DNA of 64,000 bases from Desulfobacteraceae bacterium (GCA_046538075.1 JBKHJN010000002.1:21465-85464); one strand, 5' to 3'; numbered from the stretch's first letter, positions 30,078 to 40,171 are shown. Translations and numbers: made by a program. The notes: generated by a model from the letters alone, not told the origin.

Positions 30078-30848
30078 TTGTCTGAACTGCTACAGCAATT
30101 AGACCGGCGCCGGCTGCCCCAGCACGTGGCCGTGATTATGGACGGCAATGGGCGCTGGGCCAAACTGCGGGGCTTTTCACGCCTGCGCGGCCACCATACC
30201 GGGGCGGATTCAGCCCGGGAAGTGGTCCGGGCGGCCCGCGAAGTGGGCATCGGCTATCTTACCCTGTACGCCTTCTCAGAGGAGAACTGGCAACGGCCGC
30301 GCTCCGAGGTGCAGGCCCTGATGACCCTGCTCAAGCGATATCTGCGTCAGGAATTGCCGGAGATGTTGGAAAACGGCATCGCCTTTCAAGTGATTGGCAA
30401 TATCAGCCAATTGCCTTTGGACGTCCAGGAGGAGATTGCCGCCACGGTCTCGGCCACTGCCGCCAATCAGGAAATGACCCTGACCCTGGCTCTGAGTTAT
30501 GGCGGACGCTCCGAGATTGTCCACGCCGCCCAGGCTGCCTGGAAAGATCTGCAAAGCGGTCGTTTAACCGTCGCCGAACTGACTCCCGAGCGCTTTTCCT
30601 CCTATCTTTATACCTCAAAGTTTCCCGACCCGGATCTGCTTATCCGCACCAGCGGCGAATTTCGCCTGAGCAATTTCCTGCTCTGGCAATTGGCCTACAC
30701 CGAACTCTACTTTACTGATACCTTGTGGCCGGATTTTCGCCGGACCGAGTTTTTGCAGGCATTGTTGGCTTACCAACGGCGAGATCGCCGTTTTGGCCTC
30801 ACCCAGGAGCAGATCGAGGCCCAGGCGGTTCCAGCTTCTCCCCACTGA
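30078..30848 (+). CDS. uppS: Di-trans,poly-cis-undecaprenyl-diphosphate synthase
   Basis: HVAVIMDGNGRWA, FSEENWQRP, IRTSGEFRLSNFLLWQLAY. Confidence 0.9.
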   Translation: MSELLQQLDRRRLPQHVAVIMDGNGRWAKLRGFSRLRGHHTGADSAREVVRAAREVGIGYLTLYAFSEENWQRPRSEVQALMTLLKRYLRQELPEMLENGIAFQVIGNISQLPLDVQEEIAATVSATAANQEMTLTLALSYGGRSEIVHAAQAAWKDLQSGRLTVAELTPERFSSYLYTSKFPDPDLLIRTSGEFRLSNFLLWQLAYTELYFTDTLWPDFRRTEFLQALLAYQRRDRRFGLTQEQIEAQAVPASPH

Positions 30849-32676
30849 AATATTTCAGAAGGGCTTGGGCGGCCGGGCGAGTCAGGCCGGGAACCGCGAG
30901 TAAGTCTTCCAGGCTGGCCTGTTGCAGAGCGGCCAGGTCTGCGAACCGGCTCAACAGATTCCTTTGCCGCCGGGGGCCGATTCCTGGAATCTGGGACAGG
31001 GTCGATCGCAAGGCCTCCCGGCGAGACTGGCGGCGATGATAGCTAACCGCAAAACGGTGCGCTTCATCACGTAAATGCATCAACAGCAGCAGACCAGAAG
31101 AGCCCGGAGGCAGGAACAGCGGGTTTTTGCGACCGGGGAGATAAAGCCGGTCCCGGATCGCTTTACCGCTCGGACTGACTCCGGCCTTGGCCAACCCGAT
31201 TACCGGAATCTGGTCCGCCAATCCCAGATCTTCCAAGGCCTGGACAACTACCGCCAACTGCCCCCGGCCGCCGTCGATGACCAGCAGATCCGGAAGCTGC
31301 TGGCCCCCCCGGCCATAATATCGGTGCACCACCTCCGCCAGCATGGCGAAATCATTCTGACCCTTCACCTGTCGGATGCGGAAGCGGCGATAGCCTGACT
31401 TGTCCGGCTGTCCGTCCCGAAAGGTTACCAAAGCCCCCACCGGCTGGCTGCCCCGGAGAGTAGAAATATCCAGGGCTTGTAAAAGCTGAGGCAGTCGCGG
31501 CAACTGGAGGCGTTGCTGAAGTTCCGCCAATGGTTCTGCCTTCACCCCGGCCTCGAGGCGCGCTTTCAGGGCAGCCCGGGCATTGTCTGCCGCCAGGTTT
31601 AGAAGGCGGCTGCGAGGACCTTGGCGGGCAGCCAGGAGGCGAACCGGGGAGCGCTTCTGTTCTCTTAACAGTTTTCCCAAGACCTGCTGATCTTTTAGCG
31701 GAAAGGGGAGCAAAATTTCCTCTGGTATGGGCCGCCCGGGGGTATAATATTGTTTGAGAAACGACTCCAACAATTCCGCATCATCTGTGTCCGATTGGGG
31801 GAAATCATAAGGTAAGCTGCCGGTGACCATCCCGCCCCGCACGAACAACAGCAGCACCAGAACCTGATCGCCTTCCCGGGCCAGGCCCAGCACATCTTGA
31901 TCTTTGAAGCTGGGAGTGGCAATGCTCTGGCGCTCCAGGAGGCGGTGGATAGCGGCCAGTCGATCCCGGTGCACCGCCGCCTGCTCAAAGTTTAGATGCG
32001 CGGCCGCGGCCTCCATCTGGGCCCGCAGCTGGTAAAACAATTTTTTGTTCTGACCCTGCAGAAACCACAGGGCTTCCTGGACTGCCTGGCGGTATTCTGC
32101 TTGGGAGACCAGTCCCACACAAGGGGCCAGACAGCGCCCTAACTGATAATTCAGGCAGGGGCGCGAGCGTTTGGGGATGCCTTTATCCTTACAGGTCCGC
32201 AGTCGAAAAGCCCGTTTCATGACTTGCAGAATTTCCCGGAGGGCCACCGCCGACACAAAAGGACCGAAATAGCAGGCCTCATCAGTAGCAAAACGCCGGA
32301 CCAAAGCCAGGCGCGGGAAGGGTTCCTGGAGATCGAGGCGGATACATAGATAATTTTTGTCATCCCGCAGCACCACGTTGAACCGGGGACGGTGTTCTTT
32401 GATGAGATTGCGCTCCAGGATCAGGGCCTCAACCTCGGTAGTGGTGAGCAGAAAATCCACCTGGGCCATTTTCTGCAGCAACAACGCAGTCTTGGGATCA
32501 GGCTTGCGGCGCAACCGCAAATAAGAACCGAGGCGATGCCTGAGGTTGACCGCCTTGCCGACGTACAACACCCGTCCGGATTTATCTTTAAACAGGTAAA
32601 CCCCGCAGCTGGTCGGGATCTGCGGCAAAACTTCAGCCAGCACCGGGGACTGGATCTCAGGTTTTGACATGGACAA
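30799..32676 (-). CDS. uvrC: Excinuclease ABC subunit C
   Basis: GIY-YIG (GVYLFKDKSGRVLYVGKAVNLRHRL), UVR domain, endonuclease domain and a C-terminal (HhH)2 (IPGIGPRRQRNLL). Its 3' end overlaps uppS by 50 bp. Confidence 0.95.
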   Translation of the reverse strand: MSMSKPEIQSPVLAEVLPQIPTSCGVYLFKDKSGRVLYVGKAVNLRHRLGSYLRLRRKPDPKTALLLQKMAQVDFLLTTTEVEALILERNLIKEHRPRFNVVLRDDKNYLCIRLDLQEPFPRLALVRRFATDEACYFGPFVSAVALREILQVMKRAFRLRTCKDKGIPKRSRPCLNYQLGRCLAPCVGLVSQAEYRQAVQEALWFLQGQNKKLFYQLRAQMEAAAAHLNFEQAAVHRDRLAAIHRLLERQSIATPSFKDQDVLGLAREGDQVLVLLLFVRGGMVTGSLPYDFPQSDTDDAELLESFLKQYYTPGRPIPEEILLPFPLKDQQVLGKLLREQKRSPVRLLAARQGPRSRLLNLAADNARAALKARLEAGVKAEPLAELQQRLQLPRLPQLLQALDISTLRGSQPVGALVTFRDGQPDKSGYRRFRIRQVKGQNDFAMLAEVVHRYYGRGGQQLPDLLVIDGGRGQLAVVVQALEDLGLADQIPVIGLAKAGVSPSGKAIRDRLYLPGRKNPLFLPPGSSGLLLLMHLRDEAHRFAVSYHRRQSRREALRSTLSQIPGIGPRRQRNLLSRFADLAALQQASLEDLLAVPGLTRPAAQALLKYFSGEKLEPPGPRSAPG

Positions 32677-32745
32677 CGATATCCCCTCTTTGTTAGAATA
32701 ACAAGGTAATCGTCCCTGTCAAGTCGATCCCCAAAGGAGCTGCCG

Positions 32746-33573
32746 ATGACCTTACCCATTCGTACTTTGGGACAGACCAAAGCCGAGGTAACCCTCCTGG
32801 GTCTGGGCGGAGAAGGAATATTACGCACTCAGGGTCGGGACCGGGAAGCCCAGGCCGTGATCCAGGCGGCGCTGGAGGCGGGAATTAATTATTTCGAGTC
32901 GGCCCGGGCCTATTCCGGCAGCGAGGCTTATCTGGGCCGGGGTTTGCAAGGCCACCGCTCGCGCTTATTCCTGACCAGCAAATCACACGCCCGGACCCGC
33001 ATCGAGGCCGAAGCCCATCTGGCCACCACCCTGAAAAACCTGGACACCGACTATTTGGACCTATGGCAGGTACATGATTTGCGCACTACCGCTGAGGTGG
33101 AGGCGATCGGCGCGCCGGGTGGCGCCATGGAGGCCTTTTACCGGGCCCGGGAGCGGGGCCAGGTGCGGTTTATTGGGGTAACCGGCCACCACGATCCAGC
33201 AGTGCTGCGCCAGGCCCTGGATCTTTATGAGTTCGACACCGTGCTGCTGCCGGTCAATCCGGCCGAGCCCCAACACCTCAGCTTCCTGCCGCTGGCTGCC
33301 GAGGCCGCCGCCCGCAACCTGGGTGTGGTGGGGATGAAGGTCCTCTGCCGGGGATTGTTGCCCCAGCTCCAGGTAGCGGAGCTGCGCCACTTAGTGGCCT
33401 ATGCCCTGAGTCAGCCGGTCAGCCTGGTGGTCATCGGGGCCGATTCCGTCCCGCAGATATTGGAACTGGCCGCCGCGGTCCGCAACTTTCAGCCGCTTCC
33501 GGAGGCTAGACAACGCCAATTGGAAGAGGCCGCGGCACCCTTTGCTCAGGGCCTGATGTACTATAAGCCCTAA
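32746..33573 (+). CDS. Aldo/keto reductase family oxidoreductase
   Basis: LGLGGEGILR, INYFESARAYSGSE, YLDLWQVHDL, IGVTGH. Confidence 0.8.
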   Translation: MTLPIRTLGQTKAEVTLLGLGGEGILRTQGRDREAQAVIQAALEAGINYFESARAYSGSEAYLGRGLQGHRSRLFLTSKSHARTRIEAEAHLATTLKNLDTDYLDLWQVHDLRTTAEVEAIGAPGGAMEAFYRARERGQVRFIGVTGHHDPAVLRQALDLYEFDTVLLPVNPAEPQHLSFLPLAAEAAARNLGVVGMKVLCRGLLPQLQVAELRHLVAYALSQPVSLVVIGADSVPQILELAAAVRNFQPLPEARQRQLEEAAAPFAQGLMYYKP

Positions 33574-33629
33574 AGAAAATTAAAAAACGAGGCCCTATCT
33601 CATTATATAATTCCAGGGTCATCCATTGG

Positions 33630-34433
33630 TTATAGAAAATTATCCAAGTGCGCCAATAAATGCCGGTTAAACTCGGCCGGGTTTTCCAGATTGGTAAAAT
33701 GGGCCGCCTGAGGAATGAGGTGGAGGGCAGCATTGGGGATCTGGGCCTGTAAATATTTGGCCAAACCGAGGGGAGTGGCCCGATCTTCAGCTCCCACCAG
33801 AATCAGGGTCCTGGCGTCGATTAAAGGCAACAGCCAGCGATAATCGCTGCTGAAGGTGGCAATCAGGGCTTGCCGGTAAGGAGCCCGCAGGGTAGCCGCA
33901 GTTACCTCGATCAGTTCCTGGCGCAGCGACGGAGGAGCTTCCCGGCGCAGGATTATAAGGCTAAATAGCTGAGCCCAGTCGCGCATCGACATGCTATCCA
34001 GAAGCCGCAGAAATTCCTCCAGCCGCCGAGCATCAGGGAAAAAAGCAGTGGTATCAGCCAAGATCAAAGATTTCACCCGGAGAGAGTAGCGTAGATAAAT
34101 TTCTAGCGCAATCATCCCCCCCATCGACAAGCCACAGAAATGGGCCTGTTCCAGGCCGAGCTTGGTCATCAGGGCGATGATATCATCGGCAAAGGCCCGG
34201 ATGGTGATGGATTCATCGCGCCGGTAGCCGGAATTCCCATGGCCGCGCAAATCCATCGCGATAGTCCGACAGTGGACAGAAAACTCCTCCATCTGAAAAC
34301 GCCAGTGGGTAGCACTGCCGCCCAGGCCGTGGATGAAGATCAGCGGCTCTCCAGTCCCCTGATCGTAATAATTGACTTCAATACAGGGGGAATGAAATAA
34401 ACAATCAATCGACAATTTTTGCGGGGTTAGCAT
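33630..34433 (-). CDS. Alpha/beta hydrolase fold protein
   Basis: HGLGGS oxyanion region, nucleophile elbow GLSMGG, C-terminal AAH. Confidence 0.8.
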   Translation of the reverse strand: MLTPQKLSIDCLFHSPCIEVNYYDQGTGEPLIFIHGLGGSATHWRFQMEEFSVHCRTIAMDLRGHGNSGYRRDESITIRAFADDIIALMTKLGLEQAHFCGLSMGGMIALEIYLRYSLRVKSLILADTTAFFPDARRLEEFLRLLDSMSMRDWAQLFSLIILRREAPPSLRQELIEVTAATLRAPYRQALIATFSSDYRWLLPLIDARTLILVGAEDRATPLGLAKYLQAQIPNAALHLIPQAAHFTNLENPAEFNRHLLAHLDNFL

Positions 34434-34572
34434 AGGTCTCCCTCTAGGTATTATTTAGCGATTTATATCAAAAGGATAGCCTTAGCCCTAATTATATTCG
34501 GATTCTTTGGGCTGGATCTTTAATAGATATTATGTCTTGGGCAGCGACCGATAAGGGATTTTCATGGCATTA

Positions 34573-35295
34573 TCAGAGAGTGTTCCAGTCAAATTCCGCC
34601 AGTAAGGGAAAATGATCGGAAATCTGGCGGCTGCCCTTGGGGCGCACCACCTGGGCGGCTCGCGGCGCCAGTTTCTTATTGATATAGATATAATCGATCC
34701 GCAAGAGCGGCAGGCGGGTGCTATAAGTGCCACCCCGCCCATGCCCCACCGTCCCCCAGACATCGACCAGTTGCTTTCTGAGAAAATGTGACACAAAGCT
34801 CTGGGGCAAGGAGTTGAAGTCCCCAGCCACCAAAATGGGCAGATCTCCGTCTCCCCCTGAGGCGGCAAGGCGGGCCAGCAGCTGCCGCGCCTGACCAGCC
34901 CGCTCCCGGGGGAGATGGCCCAGGTGAACATTGAAAACCCGCAGCGGCCCCCAGGGAGTGGCGATTTCTGCTTCCAAACAGCCGCGCCGGGCCCGGCGCA
35001 AAATGGTCAGATCGTGATGCCGAGTGTGGCGAATGGGCCAGGTTGAAAGCACCGCATTACCCAAGACCCCCCCGGTATGGGCGCGCACCGGGGCAAATGC
35101 CCACCAGTATTCCAGGTATCTACCAAGTAATAGGCCCTGGTTTTCCCAACCAAATCGGGTCGGCCCCTGTTTGACTTCCTGGAGGCAGATCACTTGGGGC
35201 GCGGCCTGGCTCAGCATTTCCGACAGGAGCTGCAATTTTTGCTGGCCCTTGCCGAAGCCGCCATGGATGTTATAAGTTAAAGCCTTAAATGACAA
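34573..35295 (-). CDS. Endonuclease/exonuclease/phosphatase (EEP) family protein
   Basis: LTYNIHGG, ICLQEV, GDFNS, SDHFPL motifs in canonical order. Confidence 0.75.
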   Translation of the reverse strand: MSFKALTYNIHGGFGKGQQKLQLLSEMLSQAAPQVICLQEVKQGPTRFGWENQGLLLGRYLEYWWAFAPVRAHTGGVLGNAVLSTWPIRHTRHHDLTILRRARRGCLEAEIATPWGPLRVFNVHLGHLPRERAGQARQLLARLAASGGDGDLPILVAGDFNSLPQSFVSHFLRKQLVDVWGTVGHGRGGTYSTRLPLLRIDYIYINKKLAPRAAQVVRPKGSRQISDHFPLLAEFDWNTL

Positions 35296-35298
35296 TAC

Positions 35299-36762
35299 TC
35301 ATCTTCCTTTCAGAGTTTGCCCCAGGCAATGTCTCGGGAAAAAATTAAATGGTGCTAAAATAGGGATGTCCCCCATTCTGGAAGTCAGAGGGACGGCCAG
35401 CAGCAGACCCGAGGCAGGGGCAACATGCAACAACAGGCGGTCAATGGTTGCCAGCATATACCAGGGGAATTCTGCGGCTGAGGCCGGGACCAGGGCATAA
35501 CCCAGGACCACCGCTGCTAAGTTTCCCAGGGTCACTAGAATTAGAAATAACCCGGGCGAGGCTAGGGTGTCCCGCCCCTGCCAGACTAAGGCTAAAAATA
35601 CCACCGGCCACAATATTCCAAAATAGGGGGGCCAGACCAGAGCCTTAAGCAGGAAAACCAGTCCCTGCCCCAATTGGGCCGGGAAGAACCCGCACAAATG
35701 GCCGACTCCTATATCCATTTGCTCAATCAGGCAAAAATAGCGCCAGGGTAGAAAGAACAACAGGCTGATCAGACCCGCTCCGGCCACAGAAGCTAATTTT
35801 CTGCCGGGAGCCGGTGGCCGCAGCCAGAACAGAGTAATCACCGCAGCCAGGAAGTTGATCAATGCCAAGGGTTCACCCTCATATTTGCTCCATAACATCC
35901 CCCCACTAAAAATCCCCACCAGCAGCATACTTCCCTTGGGAGCCTCCTCTTTGAGCCAGAGTAAAAGCAGACCGGCGGTTATCAGAGTATAGTAGGTCAA
36001 AGCCAGGTCGGCATAGGCAATAAAAAGATGAGTGATCAGGGTTAAGCCATTCAGCATCAGGAAGGCCGAACCGAGCAGAGCCTCCCGCCGCTCGACCTCT
36101 AAGCGCCTCAAAAGACTATAAAATATCAATACCAGGCAACCACCCCAGAGGGGAAACAAGGCCTTGACCAGATGATCGATTACCCCGCCCAGCCAGAGGT
36201 AAAGATAGGCCATTCCCAAGGGCACCAGGTTGGGATAGTAATTATGTGCTTCAAAGCCAGCTAAATCGATGCGGCCACCCAGATAAAAAGCCTTGGCTTT
36301 TAAACCCCAGATGGTGACCGCGTCCCAGGCCCACATCGGGTAAAGGGTTGCCCGGAGCAGGGCAAAGCCAAAAGTGAGTATGAGCAGCGCCAGCAAAGCC
36401 CGTTCGATCGCTGTCCAGCCGGTGCCATAGCCCAGAGTGAGGAGCTTCCAGCCCATGGTCTTAAGCCAGCGCAGATCATGTTGCCAGAGAAGCCGCCGGG
36501 AGTTTAACAACAGCCCGGGGCCCAGGCCGACTATCCAGGGACCCAGAATCCAGCCCAGGCCAAAGGCAATCCCCCAGAAAGACAGGGTCAACATCCACAT
36601 GGTCAGGGCTAAAAGGCCCAAGCCGAAGCCCAGGGAGAACCGCTCCAGGCTGGTGAAGCCGGAGTGAAGAGGGAGTAAAACAACCAGCAGGCTGTAGCCC
36701 ACCCCCTCAATCGAAGCCAACCCCAGAGCCAGCCACAGCAAGCTCGACAGCCCGTCAATCAT
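35299..36762 (-). CDS. Polytopic integral membrane protein, candidate GT-C (ArnT/PMT-like) glycosyltransferase
   Basis: 487 aa, hydrophobic throughout (at least 10 apparent TM segments). Translationally coupled to the genes on both sides, in an operon with a polyprenol-phosphate-type GT2. The family call is by architecture and context only. Confidence 0.4.
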   Translation of the reverse strand: MIDGLSSLLWLALGLASIEGVGYSLLVVLLPLHSGFTSLERFSLGFGLGLLALTMWMLTLSFWGIAFGLGWILGPWIVGLGPGLLLNSRRLLWQHDLRWLKTMGWKLLTLGYGTGWTAIERALLALLILTFGFALLRATLYPMWAWDAVTIWGLKAKAFYLGGRIDLAGFEAHNYYPNLVPLGMAYLYLWLGGVIDHLVKALFPLWGGCLVLIFYSLLRRLEVERREALLGSAFLMLNGLTLITHLFIAYADLALTYYTLITAGLLLLWLKEEAPKGSMLLVGIFSGGMLWSKYEGEPLALINFLAAVITLFWLRPPAPGRKLASVAGAGLISLLFFLPWRYFCLIEQMDIGVGHLCGFFPAQLGQGLVFLLKALVWPPYFGILWPVVFLALVWQGRDTLASPGLFLILVTLGNLAAVVLGYALVPASAAEFPWYMLATIDRLLLHVAPASGLLLAVPLTSRMGDIPILAPFNFFPRHCLGQTLKGR

Positions 36763-37273
36763 AATAGCCCCCGACCAGCAAATGGGGTTGAACCCGGTAT
36801 AAAGTGCCGGCGCTGGAGTCCAGCAGGTGCTGGAATCCCGGATGTCTGGGGTTGTTCAGATAATATTGGGCTGCCGGCGGCGGGTCATTGCGCACAATCA
36901 GGTAAGTGGCGTCCTCGCGGATCAGACGGTTAAACAGCGGCATTGGTGTGATATGTGGCGGCAGCAGCACATGACGACGGGGATAAAGCAGATAGCGTGC
37001 GACATTCTCCTTCCCGGCTTCGTAATGGTCCAAGAAAACATAAGTAGCCGAAGGCGGGACAATCTCTTTGATTTGGGCCAGCCCTTGGGGAAAAGGCTCC
37101 TCCTGGCGAACCGCCTCGCCCACCTGTCCAGACAGCAGGCGCTGGACCAGCTCCCGGCCCTCTGGAGCGAACCGCCACCCCAGCCAGCCCATCTGCGCCA
37201 ACCAGAGAACCAGGATACCAGTAACGGCCCAGGTGTAACAGCTGGTAGAGGTTGGGAGCATAGCTAATCCCAC
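36755..37273 (-). CDS. Hypothetical protein with a single N-terminal TM anchor
   Basis: TM segment WAVTGILVLWLAQMGWLGW followed by a soluble domain. GTG start at 37273, or an ATG at 37261 two nt after the GT2 stop. 8-nt overlap with the downstream gene. Confidence 0.5.
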   Translation of the reverse strand: MGLAMLPTSTSCYTWAVTGILVLWLAQMGWLGWRFAPEGRELVQRLLSGQVGEAVRQEEPFPQGLAQIKEIVPPSATYVFLDHYEAGKENVARYLLYPRRHVLLPPHITPMPLFNRLIREDATYLIVRNDPPPAAQYYLNNPRHPGFQHLLDSSAGTLYRVQPHLLVGGYYD

Positions 37274-37953
37274 CAGCGAAACCGAATGATATGGAACAGC
37301 GCCGCGATACCATCCCGCCAGGTGATTTTTTTGCCATGGCTGTAATCCCGACCGTCATAAGAGATCGGCACCTCGTAAATCCGGCAGCGTTTTTTGGCTA
37401 CTTTAGCGGTAAGCTCCGGTTCCACTCCGAATCGGTTGGACTTGATCTGGATGTCCTGGATAACTTTGGCCTTGAACGCCTTGTAGCCGGTCTCCATGTC
37501 GCTGAGATTAAGATTGGTAAATATGTTGGAAAGGGTGGTGACCACTCGGTTGCCCAGATAGTGCCAGAAAAATAGGACCCGGTGGGGGGCAGCCCCGATC
37601 AGCCGGCTGCCAAACACCACATCAGCTAACCCCTTTTCGATCGGCTCCAGCAACATCGGATAATCGATGGGGTTGTACTCCAGGTCAGCATCTTGGATGA
37701 TCACCACATCCCCGGTCACCTGGGCAAAACCGGTGCGCAGCGCCGCCCCTTTGCCCTGATTCCGGTCGTGATAAAAAACTTTTAGATGGTTAGAGGTGTT
37801 GGCCAGTCGAGCTAAAATCTCTCGGGAACCATCGGTTGAGGCGTCATCCACCACAATGATCTCTTTTTCATAGGGGGTCGCCTGGATGCGCCGCATAATT
37901 TCTTCCAGAGTATCCTGTTCATTATAAACCGGGACCACAATACTTAATTTCAT
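37264..37953 (-). CDS. Family 2 glycosyltransferase, polyprenol-phosphate sugar synthase type (DPM1/ArnC-like)
   Basis: MKLSIVVPVYNE..IIVVDDASTDGS..VIIQDADLEY (DxD). The ATG at 37953 fits the family N-terminus better than the track start at 38055. Confidence 0.85.
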   Translation of the reverse strand: MKLSIVVPVYNEQDTLEEIMRRIQATPYEKEIIVVDDASTDGSREILARLANTSNHLKVFYHDRNQGKGAALRTGFAQVTGDVVIIQDADLEYNPIDYPMLLEPIEKGLADVVFGSRLIGAAPHRVLFFWHYLGNRVVTTLSNIFTNLNLSDMETGYKAFKAKVIQDIQIKSNRFGVEPELTAKVAKKRCRIYEVPISYDGRDYSHGKKITWRDGIAALFHIIRFRWWD

Positions 37954-38071
37954 AGCTCTCGCTTTCCCCAGGTTTGAAAACAATGAATCAGGCAGGACCA
38001 ACCTCGCCACTTTCTTGAATAACCTAAATGTGTAATAAAAACCCAAGACTGTCAAGTAATTCTAATTATCG

Positions 38072-38115
38072 GTTGACAATCTGGGTCCAGTTATGCTAAT
38101 GACTGGAAAGTCATT
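38072..38115 (+). promoter_or_regulatory. Promoter plus palindromic operator candidate for the TetR-efflux operon
   Basis: TTGACA (38072-38077), 16 nt, GCTAAT (38094-38099). This overlaps the inverted repeat AATGACT-GGAA-AGTCATT (38098-38115). Confidence 0.4.
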
Positions 38116-38148
38116 TTCTTGACTAAACAGCCAACTTATTGCAAAATA

Positions 38149-38805
38149 ATGAAGTTTCCCAAAGATGCTACCAAAAAACAGGTCTTGGAGGAATTCCGGA
38201 CCGGGGGGATTGTGGCCGCAGCCAAACAGGTGATCGCTGCCAAAGGTTTTGCGGCCACCACCATGGATGAGATTGCCGAGGCCGCGCAGATTGCCAAAGG
38301 TACCATTTACCTTTATTTTAAGAGTAAAAATGAGCTGTTTCAGGCGGTGATTTCCGGGATCATGGAGAAACTGGTCACCCGGGTGCAGGAGATCCGGGCA
38401 AGCGCGTTACCGCCGCGGGAAAAAATTATCCAAGTCCTTAAAATTATGTTGGAAACCCTGGAAGCCGAGCAGGCCTTTTTCCGGGTTTACGTCAGTGAAT
38501 TTCCCTGTCTGCTGCCCCGCTCCAGCCCCGGTTCAAGCACCGTCATTGACCTGGACCAGGACTTTGTGGCCGCGGTTGCCGCGGTCCTGGCGGAAGGAAT
38601 GCAAGCCGGGGATTTCCTTCCCCATGATCCGCGTAAAGCCGCTTATGTCCTGCGGGGCATGGCGCGGGCCGTGGCCATCCATAAGATGGTTGAGCATTCT
38701 CCCGATTCCCTGCTGGAGGCGCTGCCGCTGCTCTCCAACCTTGTTTTGCAGGGTCTGGCCCCAACCCTGCGACGGCCTGAGCCTGGCAAGCGGAGGCGGC
38801 GATGA
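38149..38805 (+). CDS. TetR/AcrR family transcriptional regulator
   Basis: HTH region FAATTMDEIAEAAQIAKGTIYLYFKSKNELF. The ATG at 38149 is preferred over the TTG at 38119 used by the track. Confidence 0.85.
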   Translation: MKFPKDATKKQVLEEFRTGGIVAAAKQVIAAKGFAATTMDEIAEAAQIAKGTIYLYFKSKNELFQAVISGIMEKLVTRVQEIRASALPPREKIIQVLKIMLETLEAEQAFFRVYVSEFPCLLPRSSPGSSTVIDLDQDFVAAVAAVLAEGMQAGDFLPHDPRKAAYVLRGMARAVAIHKMVEHSPDSLLEALPLLSNLVLQGLAPTLRRPEPGKRRRR

Positions 38806-40160
38806 GCCAGGGTTATCAACGCGTGTTGGCGCTGATCGGTTTGGTGCTGATCGGTCTGGCTGCGCCGGTCGGGGCGGGAGAGGCGGAATTACCACCGTCG
38901 CGGTTAAATCTTGAGGAAGCGCTCCAACTGGCCTGGAAGAAGAACCCCAATCTCAAGGTCAGCCGGCTGGAACAACTGATCGCTGAGCAGGAAGTTGTGC
39001 GGGCCCGTTCCGGGTATTTGCCTAAGGTAGACGCCAGAACTACCCACACTATTTACGACAACCCCACTAAATTCCAGGGGGTGGATACAGGCTTCGGCGG
39101 CGATGTGACATTTTCCATGACTGACCGAAACTTTTGGTCTAATCAAATAACCGTTGATCAGACCCTCTATGATTTCGGGGCCACGGGCTCACGTTATCAC
39201 CAGTCAGTACTGGGAAAGGAGGTTGCCCGGTTGAATACCGGCAATACGCGGGATGAAATCTTTTTCCAGGTAGCCCAACTCTATTTTCAAGTATTGCGGG
39301 CAGAAAAGCTGGTAATCGTGGCCCAACAAGAAGTGGTGCAGCTCCAGGAACACCTCCAGGACGCTGAGAATCTCTATGAATTCGGGTTAGTCACTTTTAA
39401 TGATGTCCTCCAGGCCCAGGTAGCATTGGCCGACGCCCGGCAACAATTGATCCGCGCCAAAAATACCGTCATAAATACACGGGCGGCATTCAATAAACTG
39501 TTAGATCTGCCGGTGGATCATCCTACGCAACTTCAGGAAGAAAGCGGCATCACCCTGCCCACCTGGAATCAACAGGAAGCCACCGAATTAGCGCTGGGAC
39601 AGCGCAGTGACCTCAAAGCTGCCGGTCGCCAGGTATTGCAAGGGGAAAAAGGGGTGACCGAAGCCCGGGCCGGTTATTTCCCCCGTCTCTTTGCCCAGGC
39701 TGGCCATATCTATGAGCAAAACGATATGACCCTCCATGACAGTCAATACTTCGCCATCTTGGGGTTGCAATGGAACCTGTTCTCGGGACTGGATACCCGC
39801 GCCCAGGTAACCCAGGCTCAGCAACGGGTGCAGCAACTGCTGGTCCAGAAGCAGGACTTGGCCCAACAGGTGCGCTTGGAGGTCCAGACGGCTTACCTGG
39901 GGCTTAAGGAGACCGCCGAGCGGATTGGGGTCACCAAAGATGCTGTTTCCCAGGGGGAGGAAAACCTGCGCCTCAATCAGGAACGGTATAGAGAACAGGT
40001 AGGTACAGCTACAGAGGTGATTGACGCTCAGACCTTGTTGACTGGCGCCCGGGTTAATTATTTCAATGCCATTTTTGACCACCAGATAGCCAAGGCCCAG
40101 ATGCTGCGCGCCATGGGGCGCATCAATGGTCTGGCCGCTAAGGATGACACCAATCGCTAA
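38802..40160 (+). CDS. TolC family outer-membrane efflux protein
   Basis: Signal peptide and two repeated coiled/beta halves with typical TolC strings (LEEALQLAWKKNPNLK, YFPRLFAQAG). 4-nt overlap with the TetR gene. Confidence 0.85.
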   Translation: MSQGYQRVLALIGLVLIGLAAPVGAGEAELPPSRLNLEEALQLAWKKNPNLKVSRLEQLIAEQEVVRARSGYLPKVDARTTHTIYDNPTKFQGVDTGFGGDVTFSMTDRNFWSNQITVDQTLYDFGATGSRYHQSVLGKEVARLNTGNTRDEIFFQVAQLYFQVLRAEKLVIVAQQEVVQLQEHLQDAENLYEFGLVTFNDVLQAQVALADARQQLIRAKNTVINTRAAFNKLLDLPVDHPTQLQEESGITLPTWNQQEATELALGQRSDLKAAGRQVLQGEKGVTEARAGYFPRLFAQAGHIYEQNDMTLHDSQYFAILGLQWNLFSGLDTRAQVTQAQQRVQQLLVQKQDLAQQVRLEVQTAYLGLKETAERIGVTKDAVSQGEENLRLNQERYREQVGTATEVIDAQTLLTGARVNYFNAIFDHQIAKAQMLRAMGRINGLAAKDDTNR

Positions 40161-40171
40161 CGGGCAGCGCC

